NCBI RefSeq assembly: GCF_006345805.1 | Contig: NC_043005.1 | Span: 32,426,001-32,490,000, forward strand | DNA: 64,000 bases | Direction of reading: 5' to 3' | Origin: Octopus sinensis | Lineage: Eukaryota | In this document: positions 38,646 through 51,599 of the stretch, in pieces | Numbering within the stretch: the first letter of the stretch is position 1 | Layout: each line of letters starts with the position of its first letter | The notes under the pieces: generated by a model | Databases searched by the model: none | What the model was told of the DNA's origin: nothing | The model's input: the letters and a program-made list of their open reading frames with translations, nothing else | Made by a program: the position numbers and the translations under genes

Positions 38646-40914
38646 AGCTAGAATGGGTAGCACTTAAAAATCTTCAGCATAAAATGGAAATCTGGGCTCT
38701 CAAAAAATCTGGAAATGAACTTCTGAGTAATGGTTGAACCTGTGTTACTCGATGTATACATGTATAAAAATATCATTGCATTAATTACTAAATATTGTCA
38801 TATTTATTTCAAAATGTCGCCATATTTTTTTTACTCAATATTGTATTTCATTTCCTTTAAAGGATAAAAAGTTTATTTTTTTAAACATTAGTTATTCCTC
38901 CATTTTTCATATAACACATGATAGAATTGGATTATCAGCTTACAGGAATATTTTGACATCAGTGGATAATTATTATTGGTTTAGTTGTATGGCTTTGTGC
39001 CTGATATTAAATGTAATCTATGGGAAGAGTTACAATGTGTGATAAGATAATGAGTTGACTTGACAGATATGGTAGGAAGTAAGGAAGGCAGTGTAATGAA
39101 ATGAGGATGAAACTTGTTTGTGATTGGATATGACAACACAAGTCACCCTGTCAGGTTGACAACGAATTTATGGTGAACTCGTAGCTGACAAATTTGAATC
39201 CTTTCAAAAGTAACTACTCTTTGTTCCGTTGGAACTGTCCAAGTGGTGATCACTGATCTTTGTTTCTAAATAGATGTCCTTGATCTATTTTATTTTATAA
39301 AGTTGCTTTATGATGCAAAACAAATCCTGCCCTGATAAATGATGTACAACACTCAAGAAAATCTGTTATCAAAATGAAACTTAGTGTCACATTGAACATT
39401 TAGATTCTATTGGAATAATGAAGTTAATAGGCTAATTATACTTTGCAATCAAACCTTACATCTTCTGTGTTTGTGTTGCTTACATTGGATAAGTATATCT
39501 AGACGGTCATGGCTTGATTATCTTCGATCGTATGTCTGCTGAATCAGAGTTGATGTAAAGTTAATCAACAACAACCATCACAACCCATATTTACTCTTCA
39601 ATTTGATGGCTCAACCATGACATTTTATTACAGACTCTTCCTTGTCCAAACATAATACTCTTTCTCTTAACATTTCATAAGGGTCTGCTCTATTAGTTAA
39701 AGAGTTCACTTTACTAGAAAGGCACACATTCATTTAAGAAAATTTTACAAAACTCTGTTGGAAAAGAAGTGACACACGCACACTGAGTGTTCAGGGGTAA
39801 GAAGGGTATCTAGTTGTGAAAACTGTAAAAGTATGAATTATACTGAATTATTTTAGTTAATGAAAACTTGAAATTAATGAGTTGTTTTCTTTGTGTGTGC
39901 TGGTGTATCAAGGTTGCATTTCACTGAATAAAGTGGATAAATTATTACACATGATGCAACAGTTTGTTGTGTGGGAGCTGTTCTTCTGTAGTGGTTGTGT
40001 TGGGTTGTTGGCCGTGTGTAAATGATGGACAACACTCGATGTTGTCACCATAACAACCTCATTCTGAAATAAGCATCAAAGATTCATCTATTTACAAACC
40101 TCATTAGAAGGTTCTAGAAGATAGAATTGTGATGGCTTGATGCTGATTGGTCAGTTAATCAGCCAGTCATGTGAAATCACTATGACTAAGCTGTGATACT
40201 TGGGTATCACAGAATAAAAAAGTATCTAAAGCAGTGTGTGTTCTAATATATTATATAATCCCTGAAATATTGTGTTCTGTAATGTTGAATGCATTGGGAT
40301 CAAATTGATATTTATCTTATGCAACCTCAATTACATTAGTAATATTTGATGTTACATGAAGGCAATGAATGGAAATAAGACAGATGTAGTGTTGCCATCA
40401 TTTTGTACGTGGTAAGATATGTAATATATAACGTATTAGGCCAGTAGGTCTACAGTAGATTTACATTTTAATATATACCATTAATACATAAAATGGTAAT
40501 ATATGTATGGATTATGTTTGTGTAAATATTTGCAATATATACTTAAAATTTATGTACATTGGCTTGACTTGTATAAGTGTTTGATATCACTGTTATTATC
40601 ATCAACAATAGCACTATGTTATCTTGTGATGTTGATATAAACTAAATGAGATTTCTGTTGAGGTCTAGAGTGTTATTCATTGAAAATTGTCAAAACAAAA
40701 TAGCTTTGGGAAGAGACTGAAATGAATTTGCATCAAATTTACCCAGATGTAATTTGGTGTGTAAAGTTTGATCTTCTGTTTGAAACCAAATTCATAATTT
40801 AGATTATTATTCATTCTGTTGAAAGAGAATATTTTTTTCTTATCTCAGCACTATAAGCTATTAATCTAATTAGAGTTTAATCTAATCAGAATTTTTCCCT
40901 TTGATTTATTTGGA

Positions 40915-41600
40915 AATTCATACAGTTTTGAAATATGAGTTCTTTCTTGGAAATATAGCATCACAGACAGCTCGCAATATTAACGGTGTATTTCATTCTA
41001 ATGTTATTACACAGCAGACAGTATCAAATTGATTTTCAAAATTTCGTTCTGGTAACTTTGACCTCAAAAATGAGCAACATGGTTGACCAAAAACAAAGGT
41101 GGATAGTGATGAACTGAAAGCTACCATTGAGTCAAATCCATCTCAAAGTGCCTGTGAATTATCGTTGTTGTTTGGTGTTAGCAAGCAAACAATATAGACT
41201 CACCTAGTTCCATTTGGTAAAGTGAAAAAGTTGGATGAGTGGGTTCCACATGAACTCAATGAAAATCAGAAGCAGCAACGTTTGGAAGCCTGCATTATGC
41301 TACTTTCTCCTCACAAAAATGAATAATTTCTGAAGCGAATTGTAATGTGTGATAAGAAATGGTTCCAATACAACAAATGTAAATGTTCAGAACAATGGTT
41401 GGACAAAGACAAGCCACCAAAACACAGTCCAAAAAGCAAAATTCGTCAAAAGAAGCTGATGGTGTGTGTTTGGTGGTCTCGCACAGTTGTAAGCCATTAT
41501 GATATCATTAAACCTTGTTCATCAATCACGGCTGAAGTATACTGTAGCCAACTGGACCAAATGATGTGGAAACTTATAAAAAATTATTCGAAATAAGATG
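40915..41600 (+). mobile_element. Truncated mariner transposase pseudogene
   Basis: KYEFFLG..ASQTARNIN, WVPHEL, IVMCDKKW, KKLMVCVWWS motifs with stops; no TIRs found. Confidence 0.9.
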
Positions 41601-42299
41601 TATGTAGATTGCTATTTTCTGATATCAAAAGTTAATTGCATTGATCTGATATTAACCATTTGAGAAGTATTAGGAGAATTTACAGGAAAATGCTAATTTC
41701 ATTTTTATTTATTTATTTATTAATTTTATTTATTATTATAATAAAGAGTCATTGAATTCTGAAAGTAGAAGGTTAACAGCTGAATTATTGTTGGAAATTA
41801 GTGAAATGAAAACTGGGTACTGATAATCCTGTATATATTATCTGAAGTGTATATATATTTAGAAAGATGGAGACAATCTGTTATGTCATCTAACAGAGAA
41901 CTACCCAGTAAACTAGAGATATACAATCTAGTTTGTCATTAAACATGTATGTAATATTATGTACTGTTTGAGTGCCATTAGATATTAAATAGAAAATGTT
42001 CTTGATTTGTAAAGAATTTAGTGTAAAAGTTTAGCATTTTTATACAGTTTGTGTTTATATGTCACTTGGAATTTATTAGGACTTGTTTCATAAACTTTTT
42101 ACAAAATTTACTGAGCTAATTATTTTTTTTTTTGAAAATGTAAAAGAATTTTTCCTCTGATTTTATTTTTTGGTTTGATTATATCTGCTCTTGAAAATTG
42201 TAGGAGTCTGAGATTAGTTGTTTGGCCTACAAGTTCATCTATGTTCAAAGTACAAAGAGTCTTTTAGATTTTTGTTGCTTAGAGAATTTTATCATTGAC

Positions 42300-42620
42300 C
42301 TGACTATAAGTCGCAGCGACTTTTTTGATGTTGGAGAGCAAAGTTCGATTAGGAATCGCGCCGACATAGTTGTTGTTCGGTAACCGAGCTTTCAGTAAGC
42401 TGAAGATGACTTACAGTGACTGTTATCCCATTATGTCCATGCATTTTAGAAACCGTTGTTTGTAATGTAAAATTTTATCCTTTTCGGTTATCCCAAGTGT
42501 CGGAACTTCAGATGTGACTTGTGCCTAGAAAATATCCGAAGATTTTTTTTTATGGGATGCGCTTATAAGTCGCACCCGCCAACTTTAGGTAAAAATTTCA
42601 AGAAAAAAGTGTGACGGTTG
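42300..42620. mobile_element. Possible Tc1/pogo-type non-autonomous element remnant
   Basis: CpG-richer island with the repeated motif tataagtcgca (about 42305 and 42564) and aaaaagtgtgac, resembling pogo-type subterminal repeats. Confidence 0.4.
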
Positions 42621-45130
42621 TCAATTTTAGCAAAACAATCTAAGGGCGATAACTCTAATTGTAGTTCTCTCCCTTGAAATGTATTATTTAAATGTAAGCT
42701 GATTTGACTGCAAAAGCAACAAGTTGAGATGTGTAAGTACTCACAGATCAAGTCATATCAGATGTGGGGGCATTCGCCGTTGTAGCGAAATAATCAATGA
42801 AATAAGTAGCAGACTAGGGTTGATTTGTTTGATAAAGCTTTTCAAGGCAGTATCCCAGCATGGCAGTGTTATTTCCAGATCCCTTTCAGTTATCTACTTT
42901 GCTAATTGTACCCAGAAAAAAATGAAATAAAATTTTTAAAAAGGCCAAAAATATTTGTTTCAATTTGATATTTATTTAATTACTTAAATGAGATATAGGC
43001 AATAATTTCCTTCTTCATTTTACACCAGCTGTCTTTTACCAAGAACTTTTTTGTTGCCGCCATTTCTTTGAATTTCATTTTGTTGGTTTATACTTAGGAA
43101 AACTACTGCATGTTCAGTTAGTTATAAATTATGCATAAAAAATCTTGTTGGTAAATATAAAATTCACTGATAAACTAAAAGACCTGAGTTTCTTTTATAT
43201 GTTTAGCTTGGCTTTTCTCAACCCATTTTATATTTTTGTTGAGTCAAAAATTGTTAGATTTATGCTGCAGAGTATTTTTTCAGTGTTTTGCAAATCAAAT
43301 TTTATTGTCTTCTACCTTAGAAATTATGTTTTGAGATTGAAATATTTTCCATAAAAATATTGTTTCAAATCTATTTACCTTTCTTATTTTACTGTATTAA
43401 TTGAGAAAATGAGGAAAATGTTATCGAAGTTTTGTTCATTTTTGTTGTGACTTTCTTTATGGCCAAAGTGAAAATAATCTCTGAGAAAATATGTAGAAAC
43501 TATAAAGGAAATGCTAGAATATATTTTCATTGATTACCCCCCCACCCATGAAATCATTTTTGGATGGTGGAAGATACACCACCATCTGGATCCTTTTTCT
43601 TTACCATGGTTCTTTCATAATGATCAAGCTCGCTAATGAATTGGAAGCCATTCAATGGATCTACACTAAGAATATGGCTTCACTGTTCCATATGAATTGC
43701 AAGGCAGGTTGAAAGTTTTAAAACTTTATTCTCTCAAGGAAACAGACACCCACAATACTGCTTTACATAGAAAAATTGGAATGATTGTTATGTAATTCAG
43801 CATTGCCAGTTGTTTCCACTCTACCACTGATTACTACTGTGAAGTGCCAAAGGTTCTGCTCTCTGTCCATAAACTGCATACTGCAATTTACATACACACG
43901 TATATGCCTGCACCTGTGCACACACGCACGCATACATACACACACACCTTAAAATTAATTGCTATTTTGCAATGGACAAGTAAATATTTTTGGGTTACTG
44001 TGAAGTGTAATATGTTATGAAACTTAGTACATTTAAATATGAGATCTCCCAGCTGCATTTTAAAAATATTTTCACTGGTTTTAGTAATATTCAATTTATT
44101 CATAAAGGCAGTGATGGCTATGCAACTGGGCTAGAGACAGTAACAGTTGATTAAAGACTAACAAAGAGGTCAAGAATGTAAGTGTATCGTGAGTGATACA
44201 ATAAAACTAACTGTTCAGGAAGATGCGTATGTGTGTGTAATTGTATATTAAAGATTACTTGTAACCCCTCCCAAATGGTTCTGCAGTTTGTACAGAATAT
44301 TCCTGAAATTGCTATCAAATGGTAATTTATTCTTGAATTTGAGTAAGGAAGCTCCTGTATAGATTGTTCAATTTCCCCAAGAAGTCAATAGCATCAACAG
44401 TTTTATTTTCTGCCACCATTTTTATTCTTTGTGGCCATCATGTTAATGTTTTGCTGTTTGAAACCAGTTTTGTTAGCAGATTTTTCCATGATAGAAAGAG
44501 GGAAACTAAAAGGAGGTTAGTTTCCATTGACAGGCAGTGTGTTAAGATCTAATAGGAAAGAACTGGCTTTGAGATTTTCTCTTTGACACAGCCCTCTTAC
44601 ATTCTTTATAGGAGACAATGGAACAGCAGGAAAAATAAAAAGATGATGATAGTGATAATGATGATTTCCAGTGGAAAAAAGTTCAATATTTTACAATGTA
44701 AAATATATAAATAAAAGCTAATAGCAATAGAGAAGACTAGGTGGAACATTTTAAAACAAAATTGGGAAAATTGAGAGGATTGACACTCTAAAATATCTAC
44801 AAAACAATTCTTTATCATTGTTATCCTTGCCATCTTGACTGAGATGTGTTTTGCCCAGCTGCACTAGAAATCTCTAACTCCATTAGCTCTTTTGGTGGTC
44901 TTTGTCAATAAAATTAATGTAGTTAAGTGGTCTTCATCTTCTGTTAGGATATAAACATCTTTAAAATATAGCATTAGATATGGCTTGGTCTGTGGCACAA
45001 TAGCAGTGGCTAGTAAAGCCAACTCTGCATTGAGCAATAATACTAGAGATGGTTGGAATATGTCCATAAATCTTCTCTTTTGTCTTGTGCTCTTGTCAGG
45101 TGTTTTGTGTTTTTATGAGAATCTTGATGG

Positions 45131-45240
45131 GATACAGGCATTCAGCAACCGGACCTCTGTAATGCTATGATGGACCGTGAAGTCTGGCGTAGCATGGTAA
45201 ATTCCATTGTCTCAACCACGGTCGAACAATGATGATGATG
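45131..45240 (+). mobile_element. Extreme 3' end of an RTE-group LINE
   Basis: DTGIQQPDLCNAMMDREVWRSMVNSIVSTTVEQ* runs directly into a (GAT)n tail. Confidence 0.75.
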
Positions 45241-46321
45241 TATGTACCATGAAGGTGGTCTTGAAGTTCTTCTTTCACAGTCCACATTTCAGCTCTATAA
45301 AGAATGCTCCCTATACATACTCTGAAGAAGGCCAGCTTTGTTGACTTTGAAATACTAAGTGTAGGTTCAGTCCACTGTACAACAAATTAGGCAAATAAGC
45401 GTTTTCCACTGAGATTCTGGGTTTATCATGTCCTGTGAATTAATTTGAGCAGTGCAAGGTGTGTGGAAGCCGTGTGTGTGGTTTGTGCTTGAATGTCTCT
45501 GTCTGAGGGAAATATCTCCCTTTTGAAAAACTGGTAAGGGTTGGCGGCAGCAAGAATATCTGACTATAAAATCTTGCATCAGACAAATCTTCATCCAACC
45601 ATGGAAAAATGGATATTAAATGAATGTCTGACTGAACACACATGCACATGCATGTGAAGTGTGCACTGCTAAATTTCTTAAACTACACACTCTACTAGCC
45701 AATTGATACTGATACATCTAGTAAATAGTTATATTCATAATGATATGTAATATAAATATATAACTACAGATTTTTGTGGAGAGCACCTTTGGTTAAGTCA
45801 ACCTTGGTATTTGATAGATATTCTATCTCCTGTACAAGAAGAGTGTAAAAGCATTATCGACTGTGATAGGAGTGGAACTTTACTTTATAGAGACATTAAT
45901 GTCACAAGGCATTTTGTTTGGCACTCTACTGATTCTGCCACTCAGTGGACTATAAATAATAACAACCACACACACACACACATACAGATTCATAACTAGT
46001 CAGTAAGGAATTGGTATAGCTATTTTTGAGACACTTAAGTATTATTAGATGAACCAACATGTTTCTGTAGGTCTCCCCACCCCTCTCCTTCTTTTTTGAA
46101 AGAGTTTCTCTGGTTCTCTATAAACTGAGTAGATTGATGGCCTGATTTGAGGCTTTCTAAATCTTTGAAGCAATTAAAAACATTCATATCAGTCAGCTAG
46201 TTACAAAAACAAACAAACAGAAAAAAAGACCTAACAATATGTGTATGTGTGTATATATATATATATATGTTTATGAATTTGTGTTGCAAGATTCCGGATG
46301 TGAAACCGTGTGTTGAAACAG

Positions 46322-48078
46322 ATATTGTTGTATTTCGGGATGGTCATTTTTTCTTCTTCAAATAAATGCATGCACTATATATTTCTTCTTCACTCGTTTA
46401 TTACTGTTCTTATTCTAACTCATGTCCACTGTCCAGAAATCTTTTGTCACACATCTGTGACCTCTTCAGTGACACTTTCCATCCTTGTGTGTGCTCCTGT
46501 TCTGCTTAGTTCAGTTGATTCTTTTATTACATGACTCCTTTATGTGCATGCGTTTGCGTCTGCATTTGTGTATATATGTGTATGTACGTGTACATATGCA
46601 TGTCTATGTGTTTCGCATGTGTGCATATGTGTGTATTTGGGCTTAAGCCCTTTATATTGTTGTCATTCTTAAAGAAACATATCATCATTGTTCTTAGCTC
46701 TATGACCCTCCCCTCACCCACATCTCTCCTGTTGCTACTGCTATTGCCCTTGACCCTGACTTTTGGTACCATTCCTGTATCTCCCTACGTTTGTTCACCT
46801 ATGTTATTGCCATCGTGGTAGTTGTTATTTCTATTGTCATTGTTATTGGTCATGCTGTTGATGTTGTTGCGGTTGTTTGTGAAGTTTATGTATGCTTGTG
46901 TGTGTATATGGGTTCACTTATTATTTTTGTATCTGTGCCCTTTATACAACTTTTTTTGTTTACCTATTTATCTCTCTTATATTTATCTTAGGTATGTGCA
47001 TATTTGTCTATTGTGTGTGTATTACACTGTATGTTTTTTTGTTTTCTCCCTTTTGTCTTTCGTTGTCATGGTGTGGTGGTGAGTATTATTGTTCCATTCA
47101 TGTTTTCTGTTGAGGCCCAGTCTATCTATTGCTATGTGTGTAGCCTCTATAATCTATTTGAGTGTCATGTCAGTTCTATATGAGAGGCTTGGTTAATAAC
47201 ATAGTGGTTAAGGTGTTACCAACGCATAGAACTGACATGACACTCAGGCAGGTTACAGAGGCGACACACATAGGAATAGACAGGCGGAGCCTCAACAGAA
47301 AACATGAATGGAACAATAACACCTACCACCACCACACTATGCAACATGCCGACTAAAGACAGAAGGGAGAAAAGAACAAACAAAAACATACAAACTGTGT
47401 AATACACACACAATAGACAAATATGCATACACCTATGATAGATATAAGAAATAGAGATAAATAGGTGAAAAAAAAAAAACTATAAAGGGCACGGATAAAA
47501 ATTACATAATAAGCAAGTCCATATACACACACAAACACAGAAACAGCTCAACAACATCAACAACTCGACTAATGGCAACAACAACAACTACCAAGATGGC
47601 AGCAGCGTGGGCAAACACACAAACACAGGGAGATACAGGAATGGTACCAAAAGTTGAGGCCAAGGGCAGCAGCGGGGGAAGGGACATGGGTGAGGGAAGG
47701 ATCATAGAGCTACTAAGAACAATGACGATAATGATGATAATATAAAGGGCTTAAGCTCATATATACACACAAGCACACATGCAAAACACAGACATAAGTA
47801 CACACTTGCGCATGCACACACACATAAATACAGATGCAAATGCATGCGCATATAAGGATACACATCATAGAAGAACAGAATGCACTAGGCAGAGCAGGAG
47901 CACACATGGGGATGGGAAGTGTCACTGAAGAGATCACAGATGTATGACAAAAGATTTCTGGACAAAGGACATGAGTTAAAATAAGAACAGTAATTAATAA
48001 GTGAAGAACAAATATATAGCGTGTGTGTTTATTTGGCAAAAAAAGAAAAAAATGACCATCTTGAAATACAACAAATAT
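46322..48078. repeat. 1.75-kb imperfect inverted repeat (arms ~46322-47180 and ~47225-48078)
   Basis: ORF track gives mirrored peptides (ITVLILTHV.CPEIFCHTSV on + at 46310 and on - at 47713-48096). The centre reads gagtgtcatgtcagttctat / atagaactgacatgacactc. (TA)n flanks both sides. Confidence 0.92.
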
Positions 48079-50996
48079 ATATATATATAAACACACACAC
48101 AGTTAAAAAAAAACAAAGAAAAAGACAAGGAAAAACACAGCAACATGAGGACGTAGCACATGCAAATTCTTAATAAGATGCTCAGAGAAGGAAAAGAGTG
48201 GTTGTTTTACATTCCAAGCATAGCTCTTCTTTGGAAATAGGAAACATAGGAAAGGAAGAAGGAGGGAAAAAAATCGCCAACAGTCCATGTATCGACTATA
48301 TTATGTTATATTATATAAAGGTGAAGCTGTTTCCTTTTTTGAAATGTGTTCTGGTAAATTCAGTTGGTAGAAGCAGTTATATGTTGGCTGTGTCAGTTTG
48401 GAAATAATGTCCTAGTATTTGTATAAATTGTATTGATTTGATTTTAAGAGAATCAGCAGTTGATAGAATGTGTGGAAGCCTTTCTTGACTGGAAACCTGA
48501 AATGATTATGTGAGATTAAAGCATATGGATTAAGATTCAGTTGAGAATATTGCAAGTGAACAATAAGATAGCTTGTATGCTTACATTTTGAATGTTTCTG
48601 GATTACATATTGGATGTTATTATTATTTGCAGTAGTTAGCAGAAGCCCAGATTGTCTTTCATGCTCTGGTTCAATAAATTATTATTGTGGGAAATTATTT
48701 GGTCACAGTGCACCATCAACTGACTTATGTCTTATGTTTGTATTTCATTTCCTGAAACACATAACACTGCTGTTAACACCTCATATCTGAAGCTCCATAG
48801 ATAAAGCCACCTTTTGTTAAGCTTTAAGCTAGCGGCAATGTCAAATATTTTACTTTCTCTTGACAACTACCATCCTTCATTGATATTGTTGTTCACAGAA
48901 TTCTCAAAATGTTGACAGTTATTTATTAACAGGGACAAAATGTTCCTCTTTATTAGCATGTAGGCCTGCTGATAATGTCTTTTATGGGTTTGGATAGTCT
49001 CTGTTTCAAATACAGAAAGGCAAATTCAGCAGTGTGTGTGTCTACACTACCTCTATGCCATCTAACATCTGTTTTACCATACTTGCATAGATTAGATAGA
49101 TCTGCTTTTGTACATCTGTTATTGTATCAATAAAGATCTAGTAGTTGCAGTGTCTATGTGTATGCAGAATTTTTCAATGTGTGAATAACTTTTGTGATTT
49201 GAATGATTGTTAGAAAGTAGACAGAATCATAGCAGAGCTATAGATCTGTGACCTGACATTAATTCATGTTTGGAATGGATTCATTCCACTTCAATATTTG
49301 GTCTCAATACCATAAACTCTCTTGCTTTCTCTACCCAAATTTCCTGCCTCTCTCTATTCACCATTCTTATTTCTCCTATTTTCTCTTCACTTATCTTTTC
49401 TTATATACTTTTTTTTTAATCTTGCAAGAGTTAACTTGAATCTATAGATTTAAATGAGTATTTAAATAAGTATGTTTCTACATTTCATTGATAAGATTAG
49501 ATTCCCAACCTTATTCTCTGTTTTTATCTGTACAATCTTCTCTTGTTTTCTTGTATATAAGTTTACATCTCTTGAGAATTTAGCTCTGAAATCTTTAATT
49601 CTCTATTTTATATTTAGCTAAGTGACATACTAATTAATTAAGAAAATAATTAATTCATTGAAAAATATGAATAAAACTCATCTTTAAATGGAATTAATTA
49701 CTTTAATTCATTATTATTATTGTTATTCTGGAAGACTCATGGATAGTTCTTAATTACCAGTTATTTGATGTAATTGTCTTACTCCCTTTTCTAAACTTGC
49801 TGGCTTTGTGCCAAAATTTGAAACCTGTATATTAGTGGTATTTATTTTGTAGGGTTCAGTAGGTTGAATCAGGAAAAACGTCCATTATAAACTGAAAATG
49901 GATGCAGTTTCTACTTTACTTTACAGATGAGTATTTAAGAAATGGAAATGCATTTTTGTACTTGATTCATAACATTTGTAAATTTGCAGAACCAACCAAC
50001 CAACCAACCAGCCCATGTCATACTTTTATGTCTTTAATTTACATAAAGCTTGAGAAATTTTAAAGAGATGTAAAAGATGTGTGTTGCTGTTCATGGCTTT
50101 TCCAAAGATATGAGTAGCATACATGAAATGTAAAGGTTCCAACTCAGAATCAGTATTGGATAATTTTTTTCTTTTCCATAAATGAACGAGTGGTGGGGTA
50201 CGGTATTTTTGTTTTTTGTTCTCTCAGATTAGTGGCATTGATATAACTTGTGGGTGGGAGAGGGTAAATGGTAGGTGGGTGTGTGTGTCATTTTAGGGTA
50301 TGGGGCTGAAAAAGTGAGGGAAATGGGGGTAGGATGGCAGATTAAACTAAGCACCACAGTTCTGAATGTTCTTGTGACACCTATATAAAGAATTCTTACC
50401 TAAAGATTGAAATCTTGCTCTTTTTTATTTTTTACCTGTCTTCCATTTCTTGTTGGTTTTACTTTTAAGAATTTCATTGTTCTTTGTTAAGTTGCCTACT
50501 TTAACTTGCTACTGGATCATTTTGTAAATTTCTTTTTACTTTTATTTGTCCCTTTAAGTGACTACAACCAACACCTCTCTCCTCTCTTGATGCCAATTGT
50601 TTATTTTTTTAAAACATATTTCTGCCTATTTTGTTTTTTTTCTAACTTTTCTTTTTTCTTCTTGTTTCTTTTTTTTCTTGCTACTTTGTCAATTTTTTTT
50701 TATTCTTTCATTTTTCCTTGTTTCTTTTTGTTATTCCTTCTTGTGTTTTTGTGTGTGTCTCAGTTTTTCTAAAACTACTAACCAGGTAGTTGACCATATC
50801 TGCTACATTACTAGGAATTATATTATTTTTGTGTGTTTCCTGCATTTCTCAAAGTGTCTTTCAAATGAACTCTGTCCCTATCCACACCCCTATTTGTGAA
50901 AAAATGAAAAGAACCCTCTTTCATAGACAAAAATCAAATTTATTATTAGATAGGGCATGACTTATTTCCCCTTCTTGGTACTAATTACATGCACAG

Positions 50997-51599
50997 CATC
51001 ATCATCATCGTTTAACGTCCGCTCTCCATGCTAGCATGGGTTGGACGGTTCAACTGGGGTCTGGGGAGCCCGAAGGCTGCACCAGGCCAGTCAGATCTGG
51101 CAGTGTTTCTACAGCTGGATGCCCTTCCTAACGCCAACCACTCCGAGAGTGTAGTGGGTGATTTTATGTGCCACCGACACAGGTGCCAGACAAGGCTGGC
51201 GAACGGCCACGCTCGGATGGTGTTTTTATGTGCCACCGACACAGGTGCCAGACGAGGCTGGCAGACGGCCACGCTCGGATGGTGTTTTTATGTGCCACCG
51301 ACACAGGTGCCAGACGAGGCTGGCAGACGGCCACGCTCGGATGGTGTTTTTATGTGCCACCGACACAGGTGCCAGACGAGGCTGGCAGACGGCCACGCTC
51401 GAATGGTGTTTTTATGTGCCACCGACACAGGTGCCAGACGAGGCTGGCAGACGGCCACGCTTGAATGGTGTTTGTATGTGCCACCGACACAGGTGCCAGA
51501 CGAGGCTGGCAGACGGCCACGCTCGGATGGTGTTTTTATGTGCCACCGACACAGGTGCCAGACGAGGCTGGCAGACGGCCACGCTCGGACGGTGTTTGT
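50997..51599 (-). mobile_element. Young (GAT)n-tailed SINE/RTE-derived element with expanded internal minisatellite
   Basis: catcatcatcgtttaacgtccgctctccatgctagcatggg tail, CpG-rich, same family as 26303 and 28210. Confidence 0.85.
51166..51599. repeat. Minisatellite, 7 x 62 bp
   Basis: Unit atgtgccaccgacacaggtgccagacgaggctggcagacggccacgctcggatggtgttttt starts at 51166, 51228, 51290, 51352, 51414, 51476 and 51538. Confidence 0.97.

Noticed and set aside
39900-40150. Short hairpins as possible miRNA precursors
   Set aside because: Stems are only 7-9 bp, too short for a pre-miRNA.
46310-48096. Cluster of hydrophobic ORFs on both strands
   Set aside because: They are mirror translations of the low-complexity inverted repeat arms and are not conserved in frame between the arms.
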